From assembly GCA_030704615.1 (NCBI GenBank), contig CM060732.1, positions 45,074,001 through 45,138,000 on the forward strand: DNA of 64,000 nucleotides. Reading direction: 5' to 3'. This document shows positions 11,528 to 24,777 of this stretch, piece by piece. The stretch's first letter is position 1. Each line of letters starts with the position of its first letter. The notes below the pieces were generated by a model. That model was not told the DNA's origin and did no database searches. It was given only the letters and a program-made list of their open reading frames with translations. Source of the DNA: Takakia lepidozioides (lineage: Eukaryota > Plantae > Bryophyta). The translations under genes and the position numbers were made by a program.

Positions 11528-11968
11528 TAACGGAACCCTTTACGCGTTCAGCAAAGAAAAACCTTTGCCACATATGCAGTCCTAGTGGTCATTCCAAGCT
11601 GGAATGTGAACATATTACACTAAACGAGGTTTACTAATAAGACGTATTTCTAAACCCTTCACCCTAAACGAGTTTGAGTAGGTGTCAGAATAGTTCCTAA
11701 AAGCTAATTTTGTAAAATAAAATGATCCTTGGAAGCCAGAGGAGGGCCTATGGGAGCATTCTGCAACGACCTCACAGAAATCGTGGCAAAAAATACTCCC
11801 CACCCAACCAATGGCCTCTTTCTCCACATGACTACGTGTCGTGAAATAATAAAATGCCACGCACACAGAAGTTGTGTGGAGAGGAAGTGAGGGGAGACTG
11901 AGCCTCCCTTGGCTTATATCCCCCCCCCCCCCCTCATTCCTCGGGCCACGCGCAGGGCAAACCTTCTA

Positions 11969-12911
11969 GAAGCGACCGCCCACTTGGCGGTCGCTCCATT
12001 TTCTGAAAATAAAATAAATAAGCGACTGCCAACATTGGCGGTCGCTCCATTTTCTGAAAATAAAATAAATAAGCGACTGCCAACATTGGCGGTCGCTCCA
12101 TTTTCCGAAAATAAAATAAATAAGCGACTGCCAACATTGGCGGTCGCTACATTTACAGTGACATTAAGAATTAAAGTGACCGCCAATAATGGTGGTCGCT
12201 TCATTTCAAAAGAATTTGACAAAAAATTGTCATTTATAAACTAAAATAATTACAGCGACCGCCAGTAATGGCGGTCGCTCCATTTCCAACAAATTTTTAA
12301 TAAAAGCGACCGCCACTAATAGCGGTCGCTGCATTAAAAAAAAAAAACAATTGCGGCGACCGCCCGTAATGGCGGTCGCTCCATTTTCCTCCAGAAAACG
12401 AAAAATAATCCCCCCCCCCCAAATTCCTCGCTCCACGTGCAGGGCAGACCTCGTAGAAGCGATCGACACCTTCGCGGTCGCTCCATTTAAGAAACAAAAT
12501 AAAAGCGACTGCTAGTAATGGCGGACGCTGCATTTTAAAAAATAACAATTACAGCGACCGCCAGGCGGTCGCTGCATTTTCTTTAAAAAAAAACTTCAAG
12601 CAACCGCCAGTAATGGAAGTGAGGGGAGAATGACTTGGAGCTTATATCCCCCGCCTCATTCCTTGCTCCACACGCAAGACAGACCTCGTAGAAGCGAACG
12701 CCACCTTGGATTTTCAGAAAAAATAGAAATTAAAGCGACCGTCAGTAATGGCGGTCGCTCAATTTACATAAAAAATATTACGAGCGACCGCCAGTTCTGG
12801 CGGTTGTTGAATTTACGAAAAAATAAAAGACGACTGCTATTACATCGCGTTCGCTGCATTTACAAAGAATAAAAAACAAATGCGACTGCTAGTGATGCCG
12901 GTCGCTACATT
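11969..12911. repeat. Array of about 17 GC-rich palindromic units (AGCGACCGCCA-N4-TGGCGGTCGCTnCATT) with A-rich variable spacers, period about 50 bp
   Basis: Counted by eye. The first units are nearly identical 51-bp repeats and later ones diverge. A higher-order block (GAAGTGAGGGGAGA...TTATATCCCCC...AGACCTCGTAG) recurs near 11884, 12408 (partial) and 12616. Confidence 0.9.
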
Positions 12912-13434
12912 AAAATAAAAATGAATGCAGAGTTGGAAGCATTGGCACAATTGTTCTTTATTCCACAAGCAAATCATCAAACACAAACATGAGCAAGTGA
13001 CGGTGCCTTTGGCCGACATTTTGGCTGGTATACACATGGGCAACATCTTTTATTTCGCAACACATACACAACAGCAATACAAATACTCATAGTGACAATG
13101 ATCACACTGGTATTACTTCACTACAGAAATGTAAACATGTCCACTAAAATGTGCTGATGCATGCCTATAGCTGTTTTGCTTCAATTCCTTCTAGTGCTTT
13201 GACGACGGGACGAAGAAGATCCTAATCCTAATGCTCCGATGGGCTGAAAATCCGAGTCACCCTCAACTTCACCACCATTGCCATGATCAGTGCTGGAATC
13301 GTCCTCCCTATCCAACCTCATATGTTCAGGCATTTGAATCTGCAAGTGACCTCGAATCACATTTAGTTCTCTTCGAGGTCGACTCTCACTCCGGTCTTGA
13401 ATACCATCCACGGTATCTGGCCTGTTTGTGGGCA

Positions 13435-14145
13435 GTGCGAATCCCTTCTTTGTCCTTAGGTACATCAAACAGCATGACTAGTGCCATGATCTTGTCCAGA
13501 TCAGACTGCATGCCTTTAGCAGAGATCACATGCCCCAATTATTTAAGTTCTCCGAGGCATAAGGCACACTTGGAAGGTTTCAGCTTAAGACGTAAAGCCC
13601 TCAGCCTATCAAACACCTTCTGAAGATGCATTAAATCCATGGCTAGAAAAAGATTTAGAAAAAACGTTGATGTCGTCAAAATTGTGAACCAAGGCACACT
13701 CCCACTTGAGGTTGCCAAGGACGATGTCCATGAGCCGTTGAAAAGTGCTACTGGCATTGCAAAGGTCGAACGGCATGGTCAAACTGGAACAAGCTTTTTT
13801 TGCAGGTGAAGGTAGTTTTCTCTGTGGCTGCCTTGGTCAAGGGCACATGCCAAAAACCACTTGCCAAATCCATGGATGAGAAAATAATGGAGCCATTCAT
13901 TTGGTCAAGCATATCATCAATCCGTGGCAGGGGTAAGTATCCTTCTTGGTTAAGGTATTCAAATGTCAAAAATCCAGAGAACCTGGTGGTGTGGTCTTTC
14001 TTTTCCACCAAGACAACAAGACTGGCCCAAGGGGAAATGGAGAGGCGAATGACACCAGCGTCTAACATACGTGCAACCTCTTTTTTGACAATTTTCTCTC
14101 CTTAGGACTTTCTCGGTACGAATGTTGCTTCATAGGACTTCCGTC
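13435..14145 (-). mobile_element. Degraded Ty3/gypsy reverse transcriptase fragment
   Basis: MLDAGVIRLSISPWASLVVLVEKKD, PLPRIDDMLD, FSSMDLASGFWHV, LKLKPSKC and LGHVISAKG, with frameshifts and stops. Confidence 0.92.
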
Positions 14146-14147
14146 AA

Positions 14148-14545
14148 TCACAAAACATAGTACATCCTTGCGTTGCAAACAGAAATGGAGATCGGGACAG
14201 ACTTACAAAATTTGCACAACATTGTGGAATTTCGTGGAGCAGATTGATCAGGCTGAGAGGTATTCACTGTTGCACCTTCCCATTGAGTTTCATTTGCGCA
14301 TTTGTTCCTCTGAACATGTTGGTGCTTCAGGTTTGGACAATGTAGATGTCCCACACCCAAATCGTCTAAACTTCAATCCCATGTTGTTCTTGACGTTTGT
14401 AGTTTTTGTCTTGCACCAATGATGACCATCATTCTTTTTGTCCATGCCCTGCATAAGGCCTGCAAGTCCTCTGAAGCTTGTTGTGGGAGAAAGCTCGAAC
14501 ATGACATAGCCGTCAAATTGGAGTGGCAAATTTTGAACTCATTGC
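14148..14545 (-). mobile_element. Degraded Cys/His-rich fragment, possibly a DNA-transposon DNA-binding region
   Basis: Frameshifted peptide LPLQFDGYVMFEL...MDKKNDGHHWCKT...GHLHCPN...NETQWEG...CKFCK...CNARMYY inside the TE nest. The family assignment is tentative. Confidence 0.35.
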
Positions 14546-14564
14546 ACACTGAAGAGCAAATTCA

Positions 14565-15446
14565 TGTTCAGCTACAGTAACCTCATGCTTAGGCAATAAA
14601 ACGCATCTACAAGTATGTACGAGGTACAATCGATTTTGCCTTGTTGCATCGGCGAGGGGAGGATGACGATTTGTTCGGATTTACGGAGGTCAATTGGGCA
14701 AGCTGCAATGCTTATGACATAAAATCGACAACAGGATATGTGTTTATGCTCGGGAGCACTCCGATCACATGGAACAACAAGAAGCAGCCTACGGTGGCGC
14801 TTTCATCGACTGAAGCAGAGTACATGGCTCTGACCGATGGCACCAAGGAGGCTGTATGGCTGCGGAGGCTACTAAGGGAAATCGGAATCCAAGATTCAAA
14901 ACAGTCCACGACCATTTACGGTGACAACCCGGAAGCCTCAACTTGGCGCACAACGCAATTAATCACGAACGGACAAAACACATTTAGGTAAAGCACCATT
15001 TTGTAAGAGAGAAGATCAATTCAATGGAGGTCGAATTGAATCACGTGCCTTCAGCGGGAACTGGCTGACATATTGACATAATCCTTCTTAAAACTGCATT
15101 CGAAAAACTTAGAACAATTCCTTCTCCATGAAGCCAATTATCAATAAGAATGCTCTGAATACCCATATTCAGATGAGGGGGGGTATTGTTACATCATATT
15201 CATTTGGGGTATTGTAATTGACCCACCAATTAGATTAGTTACATGCTCATGATAATGCATGACCCCCCACTAAGACAAATAGATCTACTGAAGTACGGAG
15301 TTACATAGCAGTAGTATTCATAGTGCATACCGCTTTAGATAGTGGGGCCAAAAGCAGTAGAAGCAAAAGTAGGGCCACTGTATATATTGGGGAGTTACCT
15401 GAATGAAAATATCTGCTTCTGTTCCTCCCATTATGCGATCTCTACA
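14565..15446 (+). mobile_element. Ty1/copia 3' remnant: RNase H, PPT and 3' LTR (about 15187-15446)
   Basis: KSTTGYVFMLG.TPITW..KKQPTVALSSTEAEYMAL, IYGDN, RTKHI..HHFVRE and LADILT. PPT GATGAGGGGGGG at about 15172, followed by a TG...CA segment. Confidence 0.92.
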
Positions 15447-15524
15447 GCAATCCAGTCAGCTCCAGTGCCTCCTAAGAAGCTGCTAGAATGCTTGGGAGAG
15501 AGAGAGTGAGCCGGAGATTAGTGC

Positions 15525-18500
15525 TCAACGTGCTCTTGCAATCTCACGGCCAACTTTGTACATACAGGGATCCCTGTTTGATTTGTCCTGCAAAGCAACG
15601 CGAGGGCGGGTGGCTACTGACACCCCACAGCTACTGCTTGCTGAAAGTGCTTTGGCACTTGGATCTGGTCTCATGGCTGCAGGTCTCGCAGATGTCATTG
15701 GCCTTCGGATGCCGGGAATGGAGCCTGGCAAGATAGATGTTATCGTGTGATAATGTAAGGCTGTTTCGCGCAACTTCCGTTCTGCAGCTTTTCTGAGCAC
15801 TGATTGTGTTGAATGCGGGAACTTCTCCACATTTCTGCATTGCCAGTGCTCCTGGTCTCATGAGTACTAGAGACACCATAATTATCTTTGTCCAACTAAG
15901 TCTTTCTCCTCTCTAAAACTCTCAGCCACGACCATGATATTCATGACGATTGGCAGGTCGTGGAGTGTGGACAGACATCCTACCTTTTCTTAACTGAAAC
16001 AGCCCTACGATGCAAAGACTCTAACAGTAGAGAAGCAGCTGTACCTCTTTTCAACTTCAAGTTTTCTCTCCAACGTTTTAACGACATGCTCCAAACTTCG
16101 CAGCCAGCGTGGTGTTCTCTGGATTACCGGAGTGCCTGATGGGTTGGAGCATACAAGCTGCAAAACTTTGATGGCCTTTGCAAATACCTCCTCCCTGCTT
16201 CTGCATTCAACAATCTTTATTGTATAAACAACTAAGAGAGTAGAAGTTCAAGAACTTTATAACGCACCTGGAAAGTCCAGACAGCTTATCCGCATGACGA
16301 AAAAAGCAGACCGCTAGGAAACCAGGCCTAGGCACAGACGATCGACCAGCTCGTGAAGGTAAGCTGTCAAGCATTTTAAAGAGAGAAGACTTGGTACCTG
16401 AACATTAGAAGCTGTTCAACGATGATGTTGATAGAGCCTGATGCCTCCAAGATGCACAGAGCCAGATCAGAAAAGCGAGCAAGGTTTGCTAGAATAGAGA
16501 GCGCGTGCTTCACCACCTGCTCATGTGGCGGGCTGCGGTTGGTGGTCTGAATCAGCTGCAGGAGCTTGGTAATGGCACCCCCTTCTGCCAATCGTTGGCA
16601 GCACTGCTTGGAGTGTTCAGTTGCTACATCTGCATTCCACACAATTCATACAACAACATCACAAGCAAGACGAATCTGCACCCAACCTTTTTCTCCAACC
16701 GTAGGTGGGAGTGCCATAAATCTACTGCCTGTCCAGACTCTCATCAGGACTAAGTTTCTCGTTCCCACAACAACCTATATGCTACCTGGGAATTTGCGGC
16801 AGACCCCCTTCACTACTGATTTAAGAAGAGAACTCATTCTATCATCTATGTAGAGGCACAATCATGTAATCGTAATGGACAGTGATGAGATTTCAAGCTA
16901 TACCGATAGTAGCACAAGTGTTAAGGATGCCGCTGACAGTCTTTTGGTTCAATAACTGTGCCAGGGCCTCAGTAAGTCTATTGCACAACCGCTGGCTGTT
17001 CTCTACAGTTGCAGCTGTACTATGGATGCGACCGCGCAGCTGCTGCATTTGCGCATTTATGTAGCCCTGGCCTCTCCTCTGCTCATATCCCCTCCAGTGT
17101 GCCTGGTTCGCATATCATCTTGTTAGGATTTCTGCATTGAGGTGACGTTCTTTGTGACAGACTTGCGAATGCATGTAGAAATATAGTGGCACTAGGACTT
17201 ACCTGGATGATGTACACACAGCGTATGGCATGTGCAAATGACTTACGTGCTTGCCAGCCACGAATATGCCGCTGGAGTACGATGGCAAACCTGCGTAGCC
17301 TCAAGAAAGTTATTCTGTGTATCTGTGCTTTAGCCCACTTTGATAATCGCTGACCTGCCTCCAACTCGACTGCATTGTACACCCTCTTTGAGAAGCTTGC
17401 ATCTAGTACAGAATTCACGGTCTCTTTATCCTCACATTGCTCTTCTGTCTCTTCTTTGGCAACTAGAGCAAGTGGTCTCTTTGTGGTTTCGTATTCGCTC
17501 CAGTGGGTTTGGATGGTACAGGCTGCAGAGGCTCGGAAAGACTGGGTCATTATCATAGCAGATTTTGAGGCCTCTTGTTTAGCAAGCCAGCCCCGGAATA
17601 AAGCCTGGATTGCGCTAGCAGCCTCATGTTGCCTGTGAAGCCTTTGTCTGACAATTATACCCCTTACGAACGCCTGCAGTTTCGTAATGGCAGATCTGCA
17701 TTTCTTATATTTCTCCCTTTGAATGTGACTACGGTACCAACTCTGGATACAGAGTACTGATCTGATTTCCCGGGCCAGAGACTGCCTTACACAGTAACCA
17801 CGCCACCTGGCTTGTATATGTATCACTGCTGCCCTGCAAACCATTACCCTTTGTCTCACCCGTTTACCGCGAGCAATTGCTTGGAACCTCGCAATTGAAT
17901 TTCTGTACTCATTGTAAGCTCTTCTGTGGATAAAACCCCGACAACAACTCTGAATGACAATTGCAGCTGCTCTCCACTTGCTTAGTATCAGTCGCACATG
18001 ATGCCCCCGCCAGCTTGCTTGGATCCTAAGAACAGAGTTACGGAGTCGGACAAACATTTTCCAAGCCAAAGCTCCTCGCCAATGTTGCTGGATCTTCTGC
18101 GCAGCCCTTCGTTGTAGTAAGAAATGCTTGCGCAGTTGGCAGGCTCTCCACCATCCCTGCAGTGTTCTGACATGAACAAGTGTAGATTGGAACATTCTCC
18201 TTTGCACCCACCCTCGATAACGAGCTTGGATGAACATGGCTGCATTGTCCTCTTGCCTTCTGTGATTGTGAAGGGCCTGCTCGAAAGGATTCATGGGGAT
18301 CAAATCTATGTTTGATTTTGTGCCAAAGAGGGCTGAGCAAAGATGGGCCACGTACATAATGACATTGCGCTCACAGGTACGTGAGTCACCATCCACCAAG
18401 TCAGCCAGCTCGAGCACCTGCTATGTTGAACAAAATAATGTTGGTGTCTGTAGTATGCAATTCATGTGGAACATAGTTCTAGCATGATCATTGCATTATC

Positions 18501-21500
18501 GAGCTCAATGAAAGGGCTGAATCACATTGCAGAAAAATTGCTAGGCACTAAACTGCAGGCAAAAAGTAGGACAACTTTGAGTGACACTTTCAAGTCTCAT
18601 TCAGTGACTGTCTAATGGTGGCCATGAATGCAACGTCTGGATAAAACCTGAGAATGCCAAACAACTCAATGACACTGGAAAAATAGAACAAGAAAGCACA
18701 AATCATGGTGAAGGATTGTTGACCTCTGGGATGCGTCCTAACATCTTGGCAACCTCTTGCAGCATCTGGAAGTTGTGGGCAATTGCTTCTCTGTCTGCTG
18801 GAGTCATGGTCTCCCTCATTTGGAGAGACTGCCCATCCCAGCGCCCATGCTGTCCACTATTTTGGACTTCCTGAAGACACAATGTAAACACTTGATTCTT
18901 GGTGGAAAGGGTCTTGGGAATAACTTGCATATCTCACGTCTCCCCCTCCCCAGAAGTTCCTGACGTACTTGCAAAAATGACAAGTCATTGCCTCTTACTG
19001 GTTGCATGGTTTATGATCTGGAGTAGGTGAGAAAATATACCACAAGTACAACCTACTTTACAGATCACATGGCCCTAAAGAAACCTACCATGTAGTTTGA
19101 TACAGGCATTCTTGTGGGAAGAATCGCATGTCGGGGAAGATACAGAGGTAGGTAGAAGTTGACAATGTAACAAAGGGCTTGTGCATCTGCAAATGAAGAA
19201 TCGAAGTTCTCCACCATCACCCCACCATAACTCGAGCAGACTGCCTGCACTCGATCACATCTGCAGCGGCTTTAAAATGGGAAGCTATCACAGATAGCCA
19301 TTGCAGTTATATCTGGCAGAAACATTATCTCAAGAATGGGCAAAGTGCACACATAATTCCAATACACAAAATATCTGAAGAATGAACTGTGAGGAAGCAC
19401 ATTGTGTTCTTGCACAACTGTTTAAATTTTACCAAAGCCCAATCAGAGCACTGTGGCTGGGAATCCATGAGCTTCTGGCATCCAAACAGTTGTTGACTTG
19501 AGCAGCTCTACGCAAATAAATTAATGAAGTGTCCAAGGGAGATCAGAAGTCAGAACAGGGGACATGCCTGAGCCCAAGCCAACAGTAGGTCTAGCACAGC
19601 TTCTCCTCCTCCTATCTCCAAGCAAGGACCCTGCAAACAGCCGAAGTGCAACCTTGAGATGACCATCTTGTAGTGTAATGGTGTCTCATTATGTGTCCTG
19701 AGCGACATGAGGAAATGTTGAGTGCGGCTTGGAAATAGAAAATATGCAGGGTGATAGGGGCTTTGGCAAGTAAGTAACTTCTCTGAAGATAGTTGATCTA
19801 GGGAGGAAAAGACCCTATATCATTCAAACTGACCAAAGAAAGAGAGGGGTAACTTTCCCTAAATGATTGCAGAAGAACATCTCCACAGGCATGTCAATGA
19901 CAATGTCGTAGTATAAAGGCTTTCAGAAGATACCAGAGCAAGACTGCCTGGGGAGCCTTGAACTTGGACTATTTCTTGCCACAGCTTTGATGGGTTTACC
20001 AACCGAGGTATCTGCATGCATGTGTCCCGTATTCAGTGCAGTATGGGCCCCTTATAATGGATCCGTCAATCCATTCATCTCTCTCTCTTTCTTTGAGCTC
20101 CACTTTCCTTCTATCAAGCTCTTTGAGCTTTGCACAGATGTTATAAAGTATCATTTCATTTCTTTCTCTTTCTAGAGACTTCTCCTCAATGCATCTAATT
20201 GAAGAACAAAAATGCAAGGGAGGCCAAAGTGGTCAATGAGCTCATGTGTCTCTCTGTCTCTCTCTTTCATATACAGACACCTGCAAATGGAGGATGATAC
20301 TCCAGAGCAGCGGCAACGTCTTGTCACGACACCCATCCACAATATGATCTGCAGTGATGGAGGCCCCCTTTTCATCCTGCAGAGGCACCCCAGCATGTGC
20401 CAGACTTTGCAAGGCTACCTTGCAGTTGTGCACACGTGTTTTCCTGACATGACATGGCCACTTCATCTTCTGCATTCACAGACAACTCACATGCAATGAT
20501 GGCAAAAGTTAAATTCATGAGAATACGGTGGCATGGAACTACTCTTTGTGTGCAGCTCTCTTCTGTCTTCTCTCCACGTATGTGCATGTCTCCATTATAT
20601 GTAGCTGCCTCAATAGCTCCCTATCCCATCTTCTGCATCTGCCTACCTCCTCTATTCATCCTTGGCAATTCATCAGAATTCTGTCAATGTAGCAAAGACT
20701 TCCTGTTCCCTGGATTGAGAGGAGCGGACCCAAATTGCAAACATGCAGAAGGTCAGCGAGATGCCAAGAGGGCAGAGGTATAGGAAAGCACCGCAAGAAC
20801 TGATAGATCCTCTGACATGAGCTGCGCCAGACGGCACAAACGGATACCATCCTGAAGGTCCTCAACCAAACTGTTCACTTCAAAGTTGTACTCACATAGA
20901 GGTGTCTGTGGCCCACCCACACATGCCCTTTGTTTTGTCAAAATCTCTCAACATCGTCATTGGAATCTCATTCCATGTCACCAGTTTAACAATGGGGGTA
21001 AAGGATTTCGAACTGTATCCAAGCAGTTGGTGATTTGGCGACCTATTCATGGACTCATCCATCAGCAGTTCTAACTACTGACATCTCACCTGAATATGAG
21101 AGACATGGTATCCCAGTTTCCGAAGGTGTCCAATCAGATCCCCTTCTCCTTGCATGGCATCGGAGAGAAAATCTGTCATTCAGATTTGAAATACAGATCA
21201 AAACAACCTTGTAACTCTTTGCAGCACATTTAACCAGTTTACTAAGGGACCAAGTTCCACAAAATTTCTTGTTCTATGAGCTGGGCAGTTGCAAATTTTG
21301 TGAGGTAAAAATTGAACGAAAATCCACCTTCTTGTATGTGGAGACTCCATACTTGAGGCTTTCTAGAAGCGTGTTCACTAGTTCATCATACAGAAAACCA
21401 GCCAAAGGGCTGACTGGATAGTTTGTATTCAGTTTGGACCATACCATACAGATAGAGTACCCTCAAAAGTCATTAATCAACATTATTCAGTGCAAGAGGT

Positions 21501-24114
21501 TTAGTCAACAGTTTCAGATGAATGGTGAAGAAGACAAATAACCTTCCAGGGCCTGCCGGCTGGATTTTACTGAGGTGTTTGGCCGGAAAAGCAATGGGGA
21601 ACCCCCATCCAAACCATCAATACCATGGGAACTGTGCAAAGCTGTTTGACTCTTGATCTTGTCAAGGACAAGTACAAGCAGAAAGAATCTTTTCAGAATA
21701 ACTTTCCCCAATGCCTCTCCATACCCATTGCCATACAAACCTCCAATAGACCTACACACAATCAGCGTCAGTGATAAGATCCTTTCACTGGAAAATCATA
21801 GCAAACGATCATCTTCCATTCACCATCGATCTTTCAAAGTTTGAATTTAGGAGATAACAGAAAGTAAAGAGACAGGATATTGCCTTGGTTATATCAAAAA
21901 CAATTTTGCTTAGCTGAGCTGAAACTAATTTTAGTTATCTTAATCATTGTGTAGTGCAATGAGCATTAAAATCTCACCAGCACTCAACTCTGAACAGATA
22001 GCATCCTGCGAAGCATGAACTTACCTGTTGGAGGCATAGAACTTGGCAAGGTGAACGTCTGCCAGGAAGTTCCGTTCTAGTAGGACTTCCAACAGGGCAT
22101 ACTCAGAACTCTGGCTTCCCTTGCTTACCCCTCCACAGTGATCACTTGTGGGCAGTTTATCCTTGCCAAGAAGGGCAGCGCAACCAAGAACTACAACCAA
22201 TCCGAGACGGAGCCATGAAGGATTGTAGTTCAACAGAACCTCCATGGCCTTTTGACGCAATGCGACATCTGTCAGAATTGCACAGTTGGCCTTCATCCTC
22301 ACTCTGCCATCATCTATGTGCTGCACATGCATTGGACCAACAGAGCATTTTACTGCTCCACAATGGGACAAGGGGTATGATTCACAGCGAGATACACCGC
22401 ATTATTGGCAAATTTCTTTTGACTCATGACATAAGGCAGTTTGCGATGGTTGGCTGCAGATGCTGGCATCTTGCATGATCATGAATGCCACAAAGTTCAA
22501 AGTATACCAACAGCAATCACTACACTAATGTAACGATTGGTAATGCCCCACCTTGGCCAGCTGCATCATGGTTGAAACAATTTCATCACTCTTGGAGGGC
22601 TCCAAATGTACATTGAGGCGACCTTGCAGCTCTGATGCACTGCAGATATGGCTTATATGGTTCTCTGGAGTGTGCCCTAAAATGATGCTGTCCTGGTTAT
22701 CTTTCTGCCTTCTGCAAGTGCTGATGCTGGCCAGATGACCTTTGGCCGATGTTCCCCTTTTCTTGTGTGTGTGTGGGTGGGGTGTTTGACTACCACCTTC
22801 ATGTGTAGAAGCCATATCAGCACATGCACGAAATTGATTTCATGGCAATGGACTAAGAATCTATCAACAGGCTAAAGCAAATATATAACGTTCATTGAAA
22901 TCAGTTGCAAAACAAGTACATTCTGTCAGGCCTGAAGTCAATGTAGAGGTTCCAGTTACAGCAGATGCTCTCTCAAAGACATGAATCGCAAGGCCACCTC
23001 AAACTCAAAATCCAGGAACAGCCCTAACACTTTTCTGATTTATCAAACGCACAAATGAACTGTCACCGTATTATTCTCTATTAGCAAGCCAACAGTATGT
23101 CTGTCCCTTGACTGTTTGACATATAGCTACCCAAGTTAACTTTAGGACGTTGTATGGTGTTCTATGCTCTGTCTGAGTGGGTGCCTTCGACATTGTTTCC
23201 AGGAGGTCTGTAGGTATCAGCAAAATGTTTGAGGGGGATACATGCGTTTTATGGTCTTCTCTTGAAAGATAGAGAAGGCTTCCCTTGCGTGACAGGTGAT
23301 TCGTACCTGGAAATGCTTTGATTGCACACCTGCCACGCGAGGTGCTCTCATGTTCCACTGAAAGTGACGCAAAAGCCAAACTGGTGCTGACAGATGGATC
23401 CCCGTGCGACCCAGTAAGTGACCTAGTGCTAGCCTCCACGGTTGCGGCATCCATGCCCACGGTCAAGATTCCTGAGTTGGGAGACATGGGTTGCTTTAGC
23501 AAGTGGTTTAACCAAGCAGCGTAAGCCCTCTCTTGCCGGTCCATCCAAAGCTCCCACTTGGCCTTTGCTATACGTGAAGCTTGTAATTCCTGGCTCTCCA
23601 ACAAACGCAATTGTAGGGATGCCTGCAATTTCATCTTCCTCCCCGACATGGGTGGGCGTGCCCTCCGTTGGGAGGCAGGTGTCTGAAAGCCACCTCCCAT
23701 AACACCACCCATAGAGCCAGGCACTCTCAATGGGGTTCTCTCGCCATCAATGGGGGACAGTCCACCTCTGCTGATGCGTTTGGGAGTGGAAAAGAACTGG
23801 GCAAGTCCGAAACCAGGTTTGCCAATTGTACTCATCGGAGACTCTGAACCAAGTGAAAATCCCCTGCTGCTGAAGAGGGATTCCGCCTGGAAGCCTCGAC
23901 TTAGCAATTGTTGCTTTATCTTTCCCCGATCATTGCCAGATTTACAGCTAACAGGCTCGAGTCTGAGAAGCGATCTTGTCTTGGTACTAGCTCTTCCATC
24001 AGGGGTAGTTATTACAAGCGGGCTCTGAAAGCCGTCGTTGAAGATTACTCTACCTGGCTCACTGGTCTCTACTCCCTTCCTCGGTGTCGCACAATTCTCC
24101 GTCTCGTCTTCCAT
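15525..24114 (-). CDS. ASPM: Abnormal spindle-like microcephaly-associated protein homolog (CH domains plus IQ repeats), multi-exon
   Basis: Exons include WMDRQERAYAAWLN, YNPSWLRLGL, ILKRFFLLVLVLD..K...HGIDGLDGGSPLLF, VEDLQDGIRLCRL, IVDGCRDKTLPLLW, VENFDSSFADAQALCYIV, many IQxxxRG motifs in 17083..18417, and a C-terminal ARM-like RSPPHEQVVKHALSIL. GT-AG sites are visible. ATG at 24114, last exon 15834-15525. Confidence 0.93.
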
Positions 24115-24777
24115 TGCTTTCAGGCCCGTAATCAACTTACTCTCTCCCTAAATTCCCGACGCGCACCTCAATGCGAGCACCATCCATGAAGTCAATCAGG
24201 ACCCAGCAAAAACCGAAGGCCGAAATCAAGTAATGCACACAATGCGTAATGGATTTGGAAGGATTTGAATCAGGGGCGTGGGAAGAAACGCTGGAGAATT
24301 CAGACAATCGGGTTGCGGAATCTAAATCTATTGGCGGTCAAGTGGAATACATCGTCGCACATCATACTATCAAAACCTCACCCTCCCGGGCAATCCAGCA
24401 AGCAGGAAGTTCAAAATAGCAAATGAGTGCACAACGCAGCACGGCAGACACTACATCTGAGCCCTAAATCCTGGCAAGCTCCAAGTGTGAAGAAATCAGA
24501 AGCCGCCATCTGCACTAAGTTATGGTAGAGTGCAGAGTGCAGAGTGTGAGATGGTCCCGTCCGGACGTTCGGACAGTCCCGTTTGGAATTCAAACAGTGG
24601 CGGCACTACAGTTTCATCCATCAACTGCATCCGCCCATCATTCGTCCTTATCTCTTCCTCATCCATCCGTCACCACCTGTCGTGCTCCTATACGCGGCAG
24701 GAAATAAAAAACAAACACGGCCGCTTTTGGTCTGATGGGTGTGCATGAGAGGTCATGAGTTCAATCCAGGGTTTCAA

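Noticed and set aside
10062-11573. Host DRM/CMT/MET1 gene or bacterial restriction-modification contaminant
   Set aside because: It has no introns, no UBA/BAH/chromo domains and no permuted motif order. It is in frame with gypsy Pol sequence and flanked by plant TEs. The first roughly 15 residues of the ORF come from the adjacent element.
11909-12548. Repetitive ORFs such as the LAVAPFSENKINKR repeats
   Set aside because: They are translation artefacts of the 51-bp repeat.
11969-12911. True CRISPR array
   Set aside because: The context is a eukaryotic TE nest with no cas genes. The spacers are short, A-rich and partly identical, and the repeats are degenerate.
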